Assembly: GCA_030265395.1 (NCBI GenBank)
Contig: JARFYF010000074.1
Coordinates: forward strand, 89,531,459 to 89,595,458
Direction of reading: 5' to 3'
DNA length: 64,000 nt
Origin: Rhina ancylostomus
Taxonomy: Eukaryota
Part shown: in pieces, positions 13,715 through 26,689 of the stretch
Layout of the letters: the number at the start of each line of letters is the position of its first letter
Numbering within the stretch: position 1 is the stretch's first letter
Notes under the pieces: generated by a model
What the model was told of the DNA's origin: nothing
The model's input: the letters and a program-made list of their open reading frames with translations, nothing else
Databases searched by the model: none
Program-made: the position numbers and the translations under genes

Positions 13715-14090
13715 TTGCCTGCACTTCAGTTTTCTCAACAGATTTACCACGTAGAACTTTATTGAATTCCTTTTTTAAAGTCCATGGATGCAACCTTAAC
13801 TGCATGGACATGATTAGCTATTAACACAATCAAACACTTGATCAAGTTAGTTGAACGTGATTTGCCCTTAATAAATCCATGCCAGCTTTCCTTTATTGTT
13901 CCACACTGATCAGGTATCTATTAATTTTTTCCTAAATTATAATTTCTAGTAATTTACCCAGTAAGGTTGATCATTGCTAAGTTTATCCTTTTAGCTTTTT
14001 ATGAGCAAGGTAGTAACACCTTCTGGCACTATTCCCCATTGAAGGAGATTTTAAATATTATAGACCATTTCCATCTCTACAATTTCTACT
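13715..14090 (-). mobile_element. CR1 RT fragment
   Basis: ttttttaaagtccatggatgcaac...atcaagttagttgaacgtgatttgcccttaataaatccatgc is the reverse of the QHGF..GKS.LTNL..DF.K region. Confidence 0.65.
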
Positions 14091-14205
14091 TTACCAATTT
14101 CTCTTAAATTAAACCTGAAGACACAAGAATCTACATTTGTAATGGTTAATTGCAGATCTCATAGAGGGTTATCGGCTATAACTAACACTTATCATGTTAG
14201 TATCT

Positions 14206-14445
14206 GACATGGTAGTGTAGCGGTTAGCGTGACGCTATTACAGCGCCAGTGATCGGGGTTCAATTCCTGTCGTTGTCTGTAAGGAGTTTCTACATTCTCC
14301 TGTGTCTATGTGGGTTTCCTCCGGGTGCTCCGGTTTCCTCCCACATTCCAAAGATGTATGGGTAGGTTAACGTGGGGGTTTAAAATGGGTGACATGGACT
14401 CGTTGGGCCTAAAGGGCCTGTTACCATGCTGTAAATAAAATTTAA
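14206..14445 (+). mobile_element. tRNA-derived V-type SINE with CR1-type tail
   Basis: A box tggtagtgtagcgg, B box ggttcaattcc, core gtgggtttcctccgggtgctccggtttcctcccaca, tail gggcctaaagggcctgttaccatgctgta. Confidence 0.9.
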
Positions 14446-14454
14446 TTAAAAAAA

Positions 14455-14630
14455 TTATCACATTGTTGTTTGAGGGAAACTGCTGTGTGCAATTTGGTTG
14501 CTATGTTTCCCATATTGTAGCAGTGTCCTAGAGTGACTACACTTCAAATAAAGGGCATTCTTTGTCTGTAGAGCTGTTTGAGACTTGTTGAGCAGGACAT
14601 GAAAAACACTATAAAACTGCAAGTCTTTCA
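14455..14630 (+). mobile_element. Deu-type SINE 3' part
   Basis: ttatcacattgttgtttgagggaaactgctgtgtgcaatttggttgct...gtgactacacttcaaa...ctataaaactgcaagtcttt. Confidence 0.6.
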
Positions 14631-15882
14631 CTCTTCCTTTAGGGATATGATGGCTCAAATTAACTAAATATATGTGCTGAATTTACTTCAGATTTATTTA
14701 TAGTGAAATCTGTACAAGCTTCATGCTTCTCAGTCTTTTGAATGGAGAACCAGAGAGATACTATTTTCACGACTTTGTGACAGAATGGCATCTCTCCAAC
14801 AACAGCTGCAAATTCATGTTCAATAGTTACTGTGGCATTTGCACTTAAATAATGGCAAATTCTATTACCCTTGCTATTAATGTTTTGATAAAGAAATTAA
14901 GATGCTAATAACTTTGGAACCTGTGTATATTTTTTGGCAGATTTGCAAATAGAAGGAATTCCCTTGAAGCAATTCCTGATGTCACTAAACATAGCGTCAA
15001 AGGGAACTTATATCTTTCTTCTTACTAAGATCCAAGAAGAGCACTCAGCTTGTATTCTGTCTCCCATACCAGATATGCTGTAATCTCTTTGGATGAGGTT
15101 TCTAATTGGTTCCAAGTTATGGGTAGTTTGAGCTAAAACTGATATTAAAATTGTTTAAGCTTGGAAGTTGCACTTGCGGATTCTGAGGAGGTTAAGAGAT
15201 GATCTGATGAAGATTCTTAAAATAGTGAAGGAAATTAAAAAGAAATGAATCTTCCTGCTTATAGGGGACTTCAAACAAGGTAACATCATCTTAAAATGAG
15301 AACTAAGCCAGTGAAAAGGAAAACGATGGGAAAATGCACAAAGGCCAGGGTATCACAGACCTTCACACCTTTATATAAGGAGATAGTACAGAGCATCTTA
15401 AAAATATCACAAAGGTCACTGTAGTCTGTGACCCAGGACAAACCATATCAGGAGGTTTGACTGTTGTTCCCCATTGCAGAAGAGTCCTCAACAGCCTCTA
15501 ATTACTGAAATCTTTTCACAACAGGCTCTTCTACCCAATGTATACATAGTCGTATATATCTGCCTAATAAAATGAACTAATAGCTTATCTTCAGCAGTGT
15601 CCTCAAACCTGCAGCAATCTACATTACATATTAATCCCTGTTATGACTTCCATCTCACTCTGCCTGAACTAAGTGAACTCCAGGGATTTACTGCAAGTAA
15701 ATTCCATGCATTTTATTCTTTCTAAGGCACTGAGTCTTCTTTGCATTTTATCCTAGTGTTTTCATTATTGGGTATTAATTTTTTTTGTGGAAAAGGGGGA
15801 CTCATGTATCAACTTGTGTTGTGCCAGTGGAAAGCCTTGAAAGTGCAGGTAAATCTGCTAACATAAACGAAAACAGAAAATG

Positions 15883-16352
15883 AATCAGATTCAGAATCAG
15901 ATTTATTATCCCTGAGATAGTATGTGAAATTTGTTGTTTTGTGGCAGAAGTACAGTGCAAAGACATAAAAATCTATAAATTACAAAAATAAATAACTAGT
16001 GCAAAAAAGAAAGGAATAGTGAGGTAGTGTTCATGGGTTCATGGATCAGTCAGAACTCTAATGGCAGAGGAGAAGAAGCTGTTCCTGAATCATTGAGTTT
16101 GGGTCTTCAGGCTCCTGTACCTCCTCCCTGATGGTAGTAACGTGAAGAGGGTGTGTCCCAGATGGTGAGGGCCCTTAATGATGGATGCCGCCTTCTTGAG
16201 GCACCACCTCTTGAAGATGCCCTCAATGGTGGGGAGGGTTGTGCCCGTGATGGAGCTGGCTGAGTCTACAACCCTCTGCAGCCGCTAGCGATCCTGTGCA
16301 TTAGTGCCTCCATACCAGGCTATGATGCAACCAGTCAGAATGCTCGCCACTG
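15883..16352 (-). mobile_element. Rex1/Babar-like LINE 3' end
   Basis: (gaatca) tail repeats plus tttatt; reverse strand encodes IIKGPHHLGHTLFTLLPSGRRYRSLKTQTQ*FRNSFFSSAIR. Confidence 0.8.
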
Positions 16353-16867
16353 AGCCATTGAGATGTGGCTTTTTATTCTGGTCCACAACGCACGTGCACA
16401 CAGGAAACGTGGGTGCAGTGAAAGCCACCTGGAATGTGATAGACTACCGACACATCAGACAATGATTCTGTTGTTTGTTTGCAGGCCTCAGCAAAGGAAA
16501 GAGTTGTGGTGGTCTGCAGTATGCTGTACAAGCCCACTGTCATGAGAGCTCAGCCCTCGCCACTATCTCCATATAGTGAACAGCTGCAGGGCAGGGAGAG
16601 GTGGAGGAGGAAGAAGCAGGGAATCCAGGCAGCCTTCTTCTGGCCCATCTTCCTATCACCAGCTTCCTTGCTCCTGCTGCAGACAACCACACTTTCCCAT
16701 TCACCAGCACTCCCCCTACTGCTGATCTTACAGCCTCTGATTGACCACAATACCATTAAATATTCCAAACCAAATATAGAACGTTAACATATTCCTCCAC
16801 AGTTGGTTGCTGCCTGCAAATTATGAACTATATTTTCCTGCAAGAAAGAGGGAAACATCTCAGTGAA

Positions 16868-17166
16868 TAAGATAAGATTTCTTTAGTTGTCACATGTACA
16901 TCGAAATGCACAGTGAAATGCATCTTTTTTTTGCATAGAGTGTTCTGCGGGCAGCCCGCAAGTGTCACCACGCTTCCAGCACCAACATAGCATGCCCAAA
17001 ATGGCCTAACCTGTATGTCTTTGAAATGTGGGAGGAAACTAGAGCACCCAGAGGGAACCCACACAGACAGGGGGAGTACGTACAAACTCCTTACAGAGAG
17101 TGGCCGGAATTGAACCCCGGTCGCTGGTGCTGTAAAGCATTACACTAACCGCTACACTACCGTGCC
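16868..17166 (-). mobile_element. tRNA-derived V-type SINE, full length, non-CR1 tail
   Basis: Head reverse complement ...cactaaccgctacactaccgtgcc; V core; tail catttcactgtgcatttcgatgtacatgtgac...atcttatctta. Confidence 0.9.
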
Positions 17167-17254
17167 TTGCCTGTGGAGTGTAGCTGATGTGGTCAAGTAG
17201 CTGTGAGATGTGGCAGCAGTGTGTGAAGTTTGGGTGGAGCATTTGAATGTTAGA

Positions 17255-17790
17255 GACATTGAGTTGTACTGCAGCAGAAAAGGGCTCTTTGGCCCACCAC
17301 ATCTATGACAACTGTTTTGCCATCTATGTTAATCCTATTTGCCTGCATTAGGTCCCTATCCTTCTCCACCTTGCTTAGATAACTGTTTGTCTACATGCCT
17401 CTTAAGCATAGTGATTGCGCCTGATTCCTTCACCTCCACTGGTAGCGAGTTCCAGATATTAATCACTGTCTGTGTAAAAAAACTTTCCCCTCAAACCCCC
17501 TGACAACTCCTTATACCTATGCTTTCTTATTTTTGATATCCCTACCATGGGAAATGGATTCTGGCTATCTACCCTACATAAGCTTCTTATAATTTTATAT
17601 ACCTCCATCAGATTACATTTAAGCCCTTTCCCTCCAGAGAAAACAAGCCAATCCCAATTCAATCTCTCCCCATAATTAAAGTCCTCCAATCCAAGCAACA
17701 TCCTGGTGAATCTCCTCTGCACTCTCTCCAGCACAACCTCATCCTTCCTATAGTGTGGCAACCAGACTGCACACAATACAAGTAAGTTAG
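17255..17790 (-). mobile_element. CR1 LINE 3' end
   Basis: WLPHYRKDEVVLERVQRRFTRMLLGLEDFNYGERL...EVYKII. Confidence 0.9.
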
Positions 17791-17884
17791 ACACGAACTC
17801 TGAACATTAAGGATTATTGGTAGGAGAGTTGCATAGAGCACAGATTAAGGTGGGTGGTTCAGTTTTTGGGTATGACATCTCATG

Positions 17885-18247
17885 ATGGATTGCCTGACCA
17901 TGAACATGAGGTAACTAAACTTTTTGCAGTGCTGTGTTCACATCCTCAGGACCTAATGTTGATCTTGATGTTGATGGCCACAGATATCTCCTCCCATGGG
18001 CTTGGTAGTGTGTCTTTGAAGGGTGTCCCAGCCTTCTGCAGAAGCAGGACATCTCTCTCACATTGCACTGACCTCAGTGCATCATGGTCTTCTTTGCTTT
18101 ATGCCAGATCAGAATGAGTTGCAGAACATCCACTGCAGGCACAGTGTGTCTCCCTGTAAGAGGTGCACACTGGTTTTAAGTGGTGCTACCCACTCACAAA
18201 ATTGGATCCCCTACTGAGGCAAACGTGCTTGTGATGATTTGGCCCCT
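17885..18247 (-). mobile_element. decayed Harbinger Myb/SANT-like gene plus putative element end
   Basis: Reverse strand ERDVLL...PWEEISVAIN, frameshift, LRM*TQHCKKFSYL; terminal-like gatttggcccc ending at ~18246. Confidence 0.6.
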
Positions 18248-20689
18248 GAGTTTGTGATTAATTATGCAGACTCACTGTTAATTATGATGTAAAACAATGG
18301 CTGTTTTTGATATTGCCACACCCACAATACTAGGTGTGCTCAGAACTGAACAAGTCTTAAAAAGAAATACATACAGTATGTTTGAAAAGGAAATGTACTA
18401 ACATAGTGGAAAAAATAACATAATATAAGGAGGAAGACTTGAAAATTCCTCTGTCATCCCTGACTAAAATTTCAGCCTTTTGACGCTCATCATGTGGATT
18501 CATTTATCATAGCTGTTAAGTCAGAAAATGCAGCCTTGAGATGACAACAGGCTGGTTCTCATTTTGAGCATGGATTAGAATTTAAAGGTCTAAAATTCAG
18601 CCCTTTCAAGCTCTAAGTATTAAAAGCACAGTATCCAAGACAAATGTGTGGAACTTCCGCAGAAGATCTCTTAATCTATTGGGAGAAGTTTGACTGATCT
18701 TCATCCAGCATTGCTTCAGACAATTCCAAATAACAATTACTTATTCTGCTAAAAATAACTGGCTTGTACTTTCATAGGTACAACAACGAGCAGATGTAAG
18801 GTATGACACAACAAGCTGAGGTAAGGGAATCCAGTGAATGACAGGAGGAAGCGATGTGTAATGAGTGCAATGTAATAAAGTATTTTTCATCAGTCAGCTG
18901 TACTTTGCATTGTTAGAAATGCCATAAAAATCCAAAAATAATGGGGTCATTTTCAACTTCGGCATAAATAAAATCATAGAAAAGGACACAGACTGAAAGA
19001 AAAACACTGAATGGGGCTACATTAAGCTTTAATCCTTGTTAAAACAGATGATTCAAAGTGAATGCTCCGTTCTATTTATCTTGCTAATAGTGGTCCACGA
19101 TATTTTGCCGTGGTATTGATTTCAACCCAATCCAATCTGATGGAAGTAAAGCAGGTTAAAGATCTTTGATCCTAATCGCTTCTTATTGTAACCTTTATGT
19201 ATGCAAGTGGTTGAAATGCCTACCTAAAGCCCATGTTATTCAAATTTATTTCTCCTATTTACATCCTGGTTCCGAAAGTGACACAAATTCACTCAGGGAA
19301 GGCCCTGAGAATGAGATTAATGCTTCTCAGTGCTTTAAAAGAATGAGAGTGTTGACATTTTGCATTAATTTGGCACAATTTTGGTAGTCCAGATTCAGCT
19401 TTTCTATGCCTGCTGAATGTCATCCATCCAAATCTCTTTCAGCTTTAGTTTTACACACAGATGTTTACTTATATATACAGATGTTTGTTTCATGGTTTGC
19501 CACTTATTTCTTTTCCAGTTATATTTAATTTAGAAACCAAGAACTTGCACTCTGTTTAACACAGAAGCAATACTCAGCCAATCAGACATCTCTGCAGAGA
19601 AAAACAAAATTAATATTTTAAATCAATGATGTTTTATCAGTACGCAGTTTAATCTGTTTTCAGGTCATGGACTTTTGGTCTTTTTGTGAGCTCTAGAAGT
19701 AGGCATTAAGAGTCTTTAAGGATCACTGAAAGTAATTACCTTCTTGTATCAACATGCTTTTTAGATATTTTTAGAACTCATATTGGGATATTTAGGTGCT
19801 GATTGGTTAAGAATACATTATTACCTGCATACTAGTCATAAATTATAAAAAAGTCTTGCAACATTTCATTTGAAAGGTCCAAACACATTTTTATCAGATT
19901 CATTTTCTGATCTCTGCAACAAAGGAGCAATGGATCTTAGTTTCTGCTCAGGTGGTAACTTAAAGGAGAAGGTAGTTTGATTTATCCATTCATTTAGTTC
20001 GAGCATAATAGTAGCTCGAACATAATAGTAGCAACTTTTCCTGTCTAATAGCAGTAATGTGCTATTTAGAATTATCAAGAAGCAGCCTCATAGACATCTT
20101 CCTTTTCCTGCTTTATCACTGGTTTCGTAGCCAGAGTTCTCATGAATTAGCAATTGATATTAGTTATGTTTCAGGACACTGGATGCATAGAATTTGAAAA
20201 CTTATGTTCTGATTGGGAACTTCCTTGCCATTTCTCTCTTACTGTATTTGTTTTAATTTATTCCTTTGTCTAAAGTTTAGCACAAATATCTTTTCAACCT
20301 ATTGTTTGATATCAGGCTTTGAAGTTGGATTTTTTTTCATCTGAGCATCCAGGTCTATTTGGATGACCCAGAGCATCCTCCAAGGTTTTGAGCCCCAGGT
20401 CTAATTGAATCAGACCAGTGAGTTTTGGACAAACAGGCAACCCGAGTATTGGCTCACCAATACTGGAGAACGTGCATTGGCAGGTAAGTTCTGGCAATGG
20501 GTTTGGATGGCTGGGAGACAAATAAAGAAAATGAGATTAAGTAAGCAACACATTCTATGATGGAGCCAAGAGAACCTGTCCTGGACATTCAATTGCTTTG
20601 TGCTCATTGAGTCCCCCATCATCAACATTCCAGAGATCTCTATTGGCCAGAAATTCATCTGCACCAGCCATATAAAAACTGTAACTTCA

Positions 20690-21935
20690 AGATAAGATCA
20701 AAGACTGGGTACCGTGCAGTGAGTGACTCACCTCTTGAAACCCCAAGATCTATCCACTGTCTCCACCATGTGATGGAATGTGCAGTTCAGTTATATGGAT
20801 CTTGTCTGCATGTGCAGCTCCAATAAGCTCAGAAATTCAACTCCATCCAGGACAAAGCAGCCTGATAGATTGGTACTCCATCTACCAACCTATACATTTC
20901 ATTCCCTCCACCGCAAAATCACTGCAGTGACTTGTGTAGCCTGTTCCAACTTAGCAAACCTACAACCTCTATCACCAAGAAGGAAAAGTCTTTGTCAGTG
21001 TAAATAATGATCTGCTTTATCATTCTTCCTTCGAAAGTGATCAACGTCACATTTCTCACCTTTTGCCAACTTTTTGCAGGCTCACTTAAGCTATTGTCTG
21101 TAAAGTGTTTGTATCTTCCTCCCAGCTTGCCTATCCCCTTACCACCATATCAACTGTAAATTTGACCCACAATTGCCTCCTTTCTCTAAAATGTTGCTTT
21201 ACATTGGAAACAGCTGCAGTCCCAGGACTGATTTTGTGACACCCCACTGGCTACAGTTCGCCAACCTGAAAATCACTCTGTTATTCACTGTGTCTTGCTT
21301 ATTAGCAGATCCTCTATCCATGCTAATATATTACCAACAATTGCAGGAATTCTTATCTTGCAAAATACTCCCTTGTGTGCCACCTTATCAACTACCTTTT
21401 GAAAATCCAACAATTATTACATCTACTGATTTCCCTCTTGCCACCTCTGGCTGACATTTCTTCAAAGATCTCCAATGAATTTGTCAGACATAATTTCCCC
21501 TTATGAAGCTATGCTGACTCCACTTTAACAGATTATGACTTTCAAAATATTCTCTCTTACCTCCTTAATATTTGATTCTAACCTTTTCCCATTAAAGACA
21601 TGAAGCTAACCTGTCTGCATTGACCCGCTTTTAGCCTCCCAACCTTTTTGAACGAGTATCACATTGGCAGTTTCTAATCATTTGGTACTACTCCAGAATC
21701 CAAGAACATTTAAAAGATTACAATCAATGCATCCACCATCTCTTCAACCATCCTGACTTAGAGTGCATCACCGTTCCTTCATTGTAAGTAGATCCAATTT
21801 ATGGAACTCCCTCCCCAACAGCTCTCTGTGAGCACCTTATTCTGAACAGCTGCAGCAGTCCAAGAAAAAGGTGCACTTTCACCTTCTCAAGGGCAATTAG
21901 GGATGAGTAATAAATGATGACTTCCGGCGACATCC
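20690..21935 (+). mobile_element. L2/CR1-clade LINE 3' end interrupted by a CR1 at ~21005-21750
   Basis: gactcacctcttga...gatggaat...caggacaaagcagcc; resumes cctgacttagagtgcatcaccgttccttcattg...ggcaattagggatgagtaataaatg. Confidence 0.65.
21005..21750 (-). mobile_element. decayed CR1 RT fragment
   Basis: tgccaccttatcaactaccttttgaaaatcca (reverse complement of LDFQKxxDKVxH), ttgtcagacataatttcccc. Confidence 0.7.
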
Positions 21936-24869
21936 AAATTCTGAAACAATACCTTCTTTAAATTTCAGGCTCTATATTGCCCCAACATGAACCATGCATA
22001 AAGTACACTCTGCCCAGTCCTGTCCGATATTGGCTGTATGCACCACAGAGATGATCTTGCCATCTGGCTCAGTGGCGACTTTAGCTGCTTAGCAGTAGGC
22101 TGAGGAGAGGATCATTTTGTCCTTAGTAATAAAGGGAGGTTAGTGCTTACAGTGATATTCTGGATGCCACCATTCCACTTCACCTAGAGATTAGGCCTCA
22201 ACGTCAGCACCATAGATCAGAACAGGATCTTGCTGAACTAGATAAACCCCATCCGAGCAAAGCATAACCTGAAATACATTCCCTGCCCTCACAAATGACA
22301 AGTGACCACCTGGGCCAGCATCATTGTCAAATGAAGTGTGGGAGAGGAGGGAATTGCAACAAATGGTACAAAAATTTGCTTTAACAATTAAATATACTAA
22401 TGCAATTGTTTTTGTTAATTAAATTAAATTAAATTTATTTTATTAATTAAAATAAAGGCGATATTCTGTGCTAAATGAATAAAATGCTGAATGCACATGT
22501 TGGTTTGGAACTGGTTTTCACCCAGTTTTAATAATTATTATAATTTAGCAAAATATGAAGTTGCCCAGAAGTTGAAGATTTAGCTTGTAAATGGGTTTAA
22601 AAAAACAGTTTCCACAAAGCAATAAATGTGATCTAAATATGCCTAGATGTAAAGCAATGGAATGTTCTGAAACTTTAAAGTTGGTATATAAATGAAAATT
22701 GTTGTTGTTGAACCACAGGCAATTCCTTATAGTTTAGCACTTGAATCAAGTGCATCGCCACAATATTTTATCTAATCTATTAGCGGCTTTCAGCCAATAG
22801 GCCTAGCGTAACCCCTGCTGTGCCTTAAATACAAACTACAATTCAAAAATGGTGGAGACTCCGAGAACCTGCCTACCCTTTTGCTAACATAACTGTGACT
22901 TAGTCAGATGAGCTATTCCCGTCAAACCATTGCAAAGCCAGGAAGTACTTAGAATTTCTAGGCTATGTGATTCTGTCACCTGTAACAATATGTTACAATT
23001 TTAACACATGTATTCTTGTTTCATTTCTATTCTCTTTTTAATAGTTTCATATCTGTGAATGGTGAAATGGATGTATATAGTATTTGAAATAATGTATTTA
23101 GTTTATCTCTGTTAAATTAGAGGAAGGAATTATGTACAAAGTTTTAAATGTTTAATGCCAACGTGGCAAACTGTAAAATCTATTGGTTAAATTTTACATT
23201 TGTCCTTTTTATAACATCCCTTTTTTTGAAGTTCTGTTTCTCATCAATTAATGTGCACTATTCATGCACATTTCATTGCCCAAGAGAACAGAAGAATATT
23301 ATCCCATGTTCTTGTCAGTCTCCTTCTGCAATCAGTCATTAAGGGGCAATAACCTACAGCAAAGTACCCATTGATTGTTTTTCCTCTATCCCACTGGGAA
23401 AGTATGTAACTGTCACTGCTCAGCACTCACCCTAATGGGCCATGGCCAAGATCAGGAATCATGTCTAGAGAACCTCCATCCCAGCATTTAGACAAAATGA
23501 TTTTACTTCAACTAAACTCAGAGAAATTAAATAAAACTTTTCAACAATATTACATTGTTGTGTTTATTATTTTTATCTTTATTTTTATCACCTTTAATAC
23601 TTATGTTATACTTTATGAACTTGTGAATTTTGTTTGGAGTTATGAGTAATGAGCTTTATTGTGAGTGGTCTTGTATTTGTTGGTCCATTGCCAGTGCGTG
23701 TAATATTCACACTCCTATAAACCTTCAGATTATAACAAGGCAAGTTTCAAAATGCCAGCTGCCTTTATTGAACAGATTGCCACTGAATCACAAGTACACC
23801 AATCAGAAATTCATTCTCTAATGAAGGCATTTGGGTCAAAGTTCAAATTCAACAAAACAAATTAAAATTATCCAATCTCTAAAATATATACTGACCTATT
23901 ATGTTTTATTATTGAATTGGCACTTCAGCTTTATTCTACCCTTTCATCAAACTCTTGCATGCAAACACCAATAAATATTATTGTAAAAGTAGAATAAGAG
24001 TAGAAGTTAGTACCTCAAGGTCAGTTCTGTGGCACAATATGTGACCCTATATCACTAGCTCCAGTGCATCTGGTACGTATTACAACAACGTGCATTTGGT
24101 ATTCATAACTGTAAATTGTTATACACAACGTGACATTTTGTTATGCCTTCTTTATGGGGGGGGAGGGGAATTGGGAGGGGATTAAAATAAAAAATACATG
24201 TGCAAGAAAAGGTTTTAAAAATATACTAGCTGACTTAAGTGGAATTGACTGTAAGCCAACAAAGCAATTGTACAGCAGGTTTAATTTAAACTGAAATACA
24301 ACGGAATTGTAATTTATTTAATTTGACTTTCCTCTGGGGAGCAATAGATTTGAGTTGAATTCCTGTTCTGGACCTTTGGAAATGTCAGGAGGTGTTTAAT
24401 GAATATTTACGTCTACATAAAATGTCACCAGAATTAAAATGTTTGTTTACTAGTGGGAAACTTACAGGCATAGAAATTCTCCAGCATCAATAAAAGAGGG
24501 TATTAAATCTGCATAGTCCAGGGGACCTGCACTAATTTGACATGCAACTGCCCAGCAGCATTATTCTTTCATGTGCAAGGCATAAGGTGTCATGTGCAAA
24601 AGAAAAGGTCTCAGTGGAAGAATGCACTCAAAGTCCTGTTTGCGGGTTCCTCAATAGCGGAATTGGTCAAGAGAAACAGAAGGGATCAGTTGGGGGATGG
24701 TGGGATAGAGGGAGGTCAGTGTTGAGGGAATACAGAGGGTTGGAAATGGCTCCTGGATTCGGAGGAGGACCTGAGACCTTGAGGATTCAGTCATTGACTT
24801 TGAGATTAAAAGATTAGAAATTAGAGGAATGGGATATATGGCATTTCAAAGGTCAGGACACCATGGGCT

Positions 24870-25180
24870 GATTATCAAGGGTTGGGACATTGAGCAATGT
24901 GTCAATATGGGCCAGGGCATGGAAAGTCAAGACATCACAGGACAGAACNNNNNNNNNNCATTGAGGGTCAGTGTATCAGGAGTCAGGACATCGAGCAATG
25001 GGTCGTTGATGGTCAGTACGTGGAATGTCAGGGCATTGAAAGACAGAATACTGAGGACTGAGACCTTCAGAGAATGAGGGTCAGGATATTGAAAGACAAG
25101 AAATTGAAGTTCAGAGCATTGAGAAACAGAGCATGGAGGGAAAAGGCATAAATGAATAGAGGCAGGACACTGAGGAATGG
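24870..25180. repeat. degenerate 15-bp minisatellite (~TGAGGGNCAGGRCAT)
   Basis: In-register units from 25075: tgagggtcaggatat / tgaaagacaagaaat / tgaagttcagagcat / tgagaaacagagcat / ggagggaaaaggcat. Confidence 0.7.
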
Positions 25181-25717
25181 GTAATCAAGGATTGGATCAT
25201 CAGGGATGGGAGATGTGATCAGACCACTGTGGGAAGAGATTTGGACAGTCAGATAAGCAATCCAAGAGCTCAAGCAGTATTGACAGCAATGATATGATAG
25301 TCAGTGGAATCACACACCAGAGGAAATTCTAAAGCAAAACCAACCTGACAGAAGACTGATCCCTCAAACCCCATGGCCAAAGACTAGGTAAGGTTGGTTC
25401 CTTTTAAGTGATGCAGAAGTAGGCCTCAACTGTTTTGTTAAGCCCTGCCTCTGTGCGAGTGGTCTGTTTCATTCGAAGGCCTCAGATACGCTAATAAGTA
25501 TTGTGCAAGTTGCTTTCAAGCAACCTAAAACATCCTATGTTTAAAGGACCGGGAACAAAGTTTGGAAACTGAGTGACACCAATGGCATTTCAGATTAAAC
25601 TACCATACATGGTGCACACCAGCATTATGTTGGGTGAAAGAATTTCTAATCCAAGATGTAAGAGCTTAGGGAGGACATCACAGCAGTACTTAGACAGGGT
25701 ATCCCGGGGGAACATCC

Positions 25718-26114
25718 TGTCATGGTTCCAGTTACTGGCCCTCAATTCAGCTCCTTTGATGATGCTTTGTTGTACAGCACATGGATTCCATGCTTGACTG
25801 TTTGCATAATGACACACACCTGAGCCCCATCAGGAGCCTAGCATAAGTACCTGGATTTCTCTAGCACTAGTGGCCAGCCTTTGGGTATACTTTGGCTCCT
25901 GGCTGCTTAGAGTGGTCTACTCTAGAGCAGTCCTGCGTTCTCTGTTCCTTTTTGGATATCCAGTTCATGTTGGGATTTCTCCTCAGATCCCCAAGGCAAG
26001 ATTCCTTCCAGTTGCTGCCCGTGTTTGGTCCTGAGGAAGTATTGACTCCAGTCTTCTACCAGTGTACTGCATTCGGGTTCTCTGTGAGCTTGCTCTTTGT
26101 TCAACATTGTGACA
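25718..26114 (+). mobile_element. solo-LTR-like element, gap-free copy (397 bp)
   Basis: TGTCA...TGACA ends; flanks catcc/catgc (5-bp TSD, one mismatch); homologous to four other copies in the window. Confidence 0.85.
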
Positions 26115-26689
26115 CATGCAACAACTATACCAGGCATAAAAGCATAATTTCATTGTTTGATTACAGTTATTTCTATTTAAATTATATCCCACTGTTTATA
26201 TACTAAATTTCAACTGACTTTTAAATGAACAAGGAAGAGCTCATAATCTTCAGTAAGCCTTTTGATTGATTCTCTTGATTGGCTCACTGTACATCGGTTG
26301 GTAAGCTCGATNNNNNNNNNNTTTGAAAATGCAAATTCTTCACTTTGTTAATGATTACCGCATAATGGCTCATTAAATCCTATGAACTTCAGGAGCATCT
26401 GAGACCTACACCATATTTTGAGCTGCCTAATTGTCAGAATGGCTTGTCCCCATAGGCCCAATTGAGTCTGTGCTGTGGTCATGTCAGCTGGAGAAGAGAG
26501 GTCGGAGCTTATACAACAGGCAGTGTTGTGGTGTCAAAGCATGATCATGTATGCTGTGTTGTTGGTGGAATAGATGGATCTGACTGTGTGCCTTGGGTGT
26601 GTGTGACATAATGGAAGGGAAGGAGAAGTAACATTGGGTTTGAGGATCTGGGTAGAGGAGGTAAATTTGGAAAACCATTGGAGGTAATG

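Noticed and set aside
14206-14280. tRNA gene (A and B boxes)
   Set aside because: It continues into a SINE core and tail and is repeated at 17100 and 53350; it is a SINE head
20400-20490. Exon ending at strong cag|gtaagt donor (20483)
   Set aside because: All frames are closed within ~80 bp upstream, and there is no convincing acceptor
24870-25180. CRISPR-like or repeat-spacer array
   Set aside because: Contiguous degenerate units with no unique spacers, vertebrate context, no cas genes; the same applies to 32720-32975
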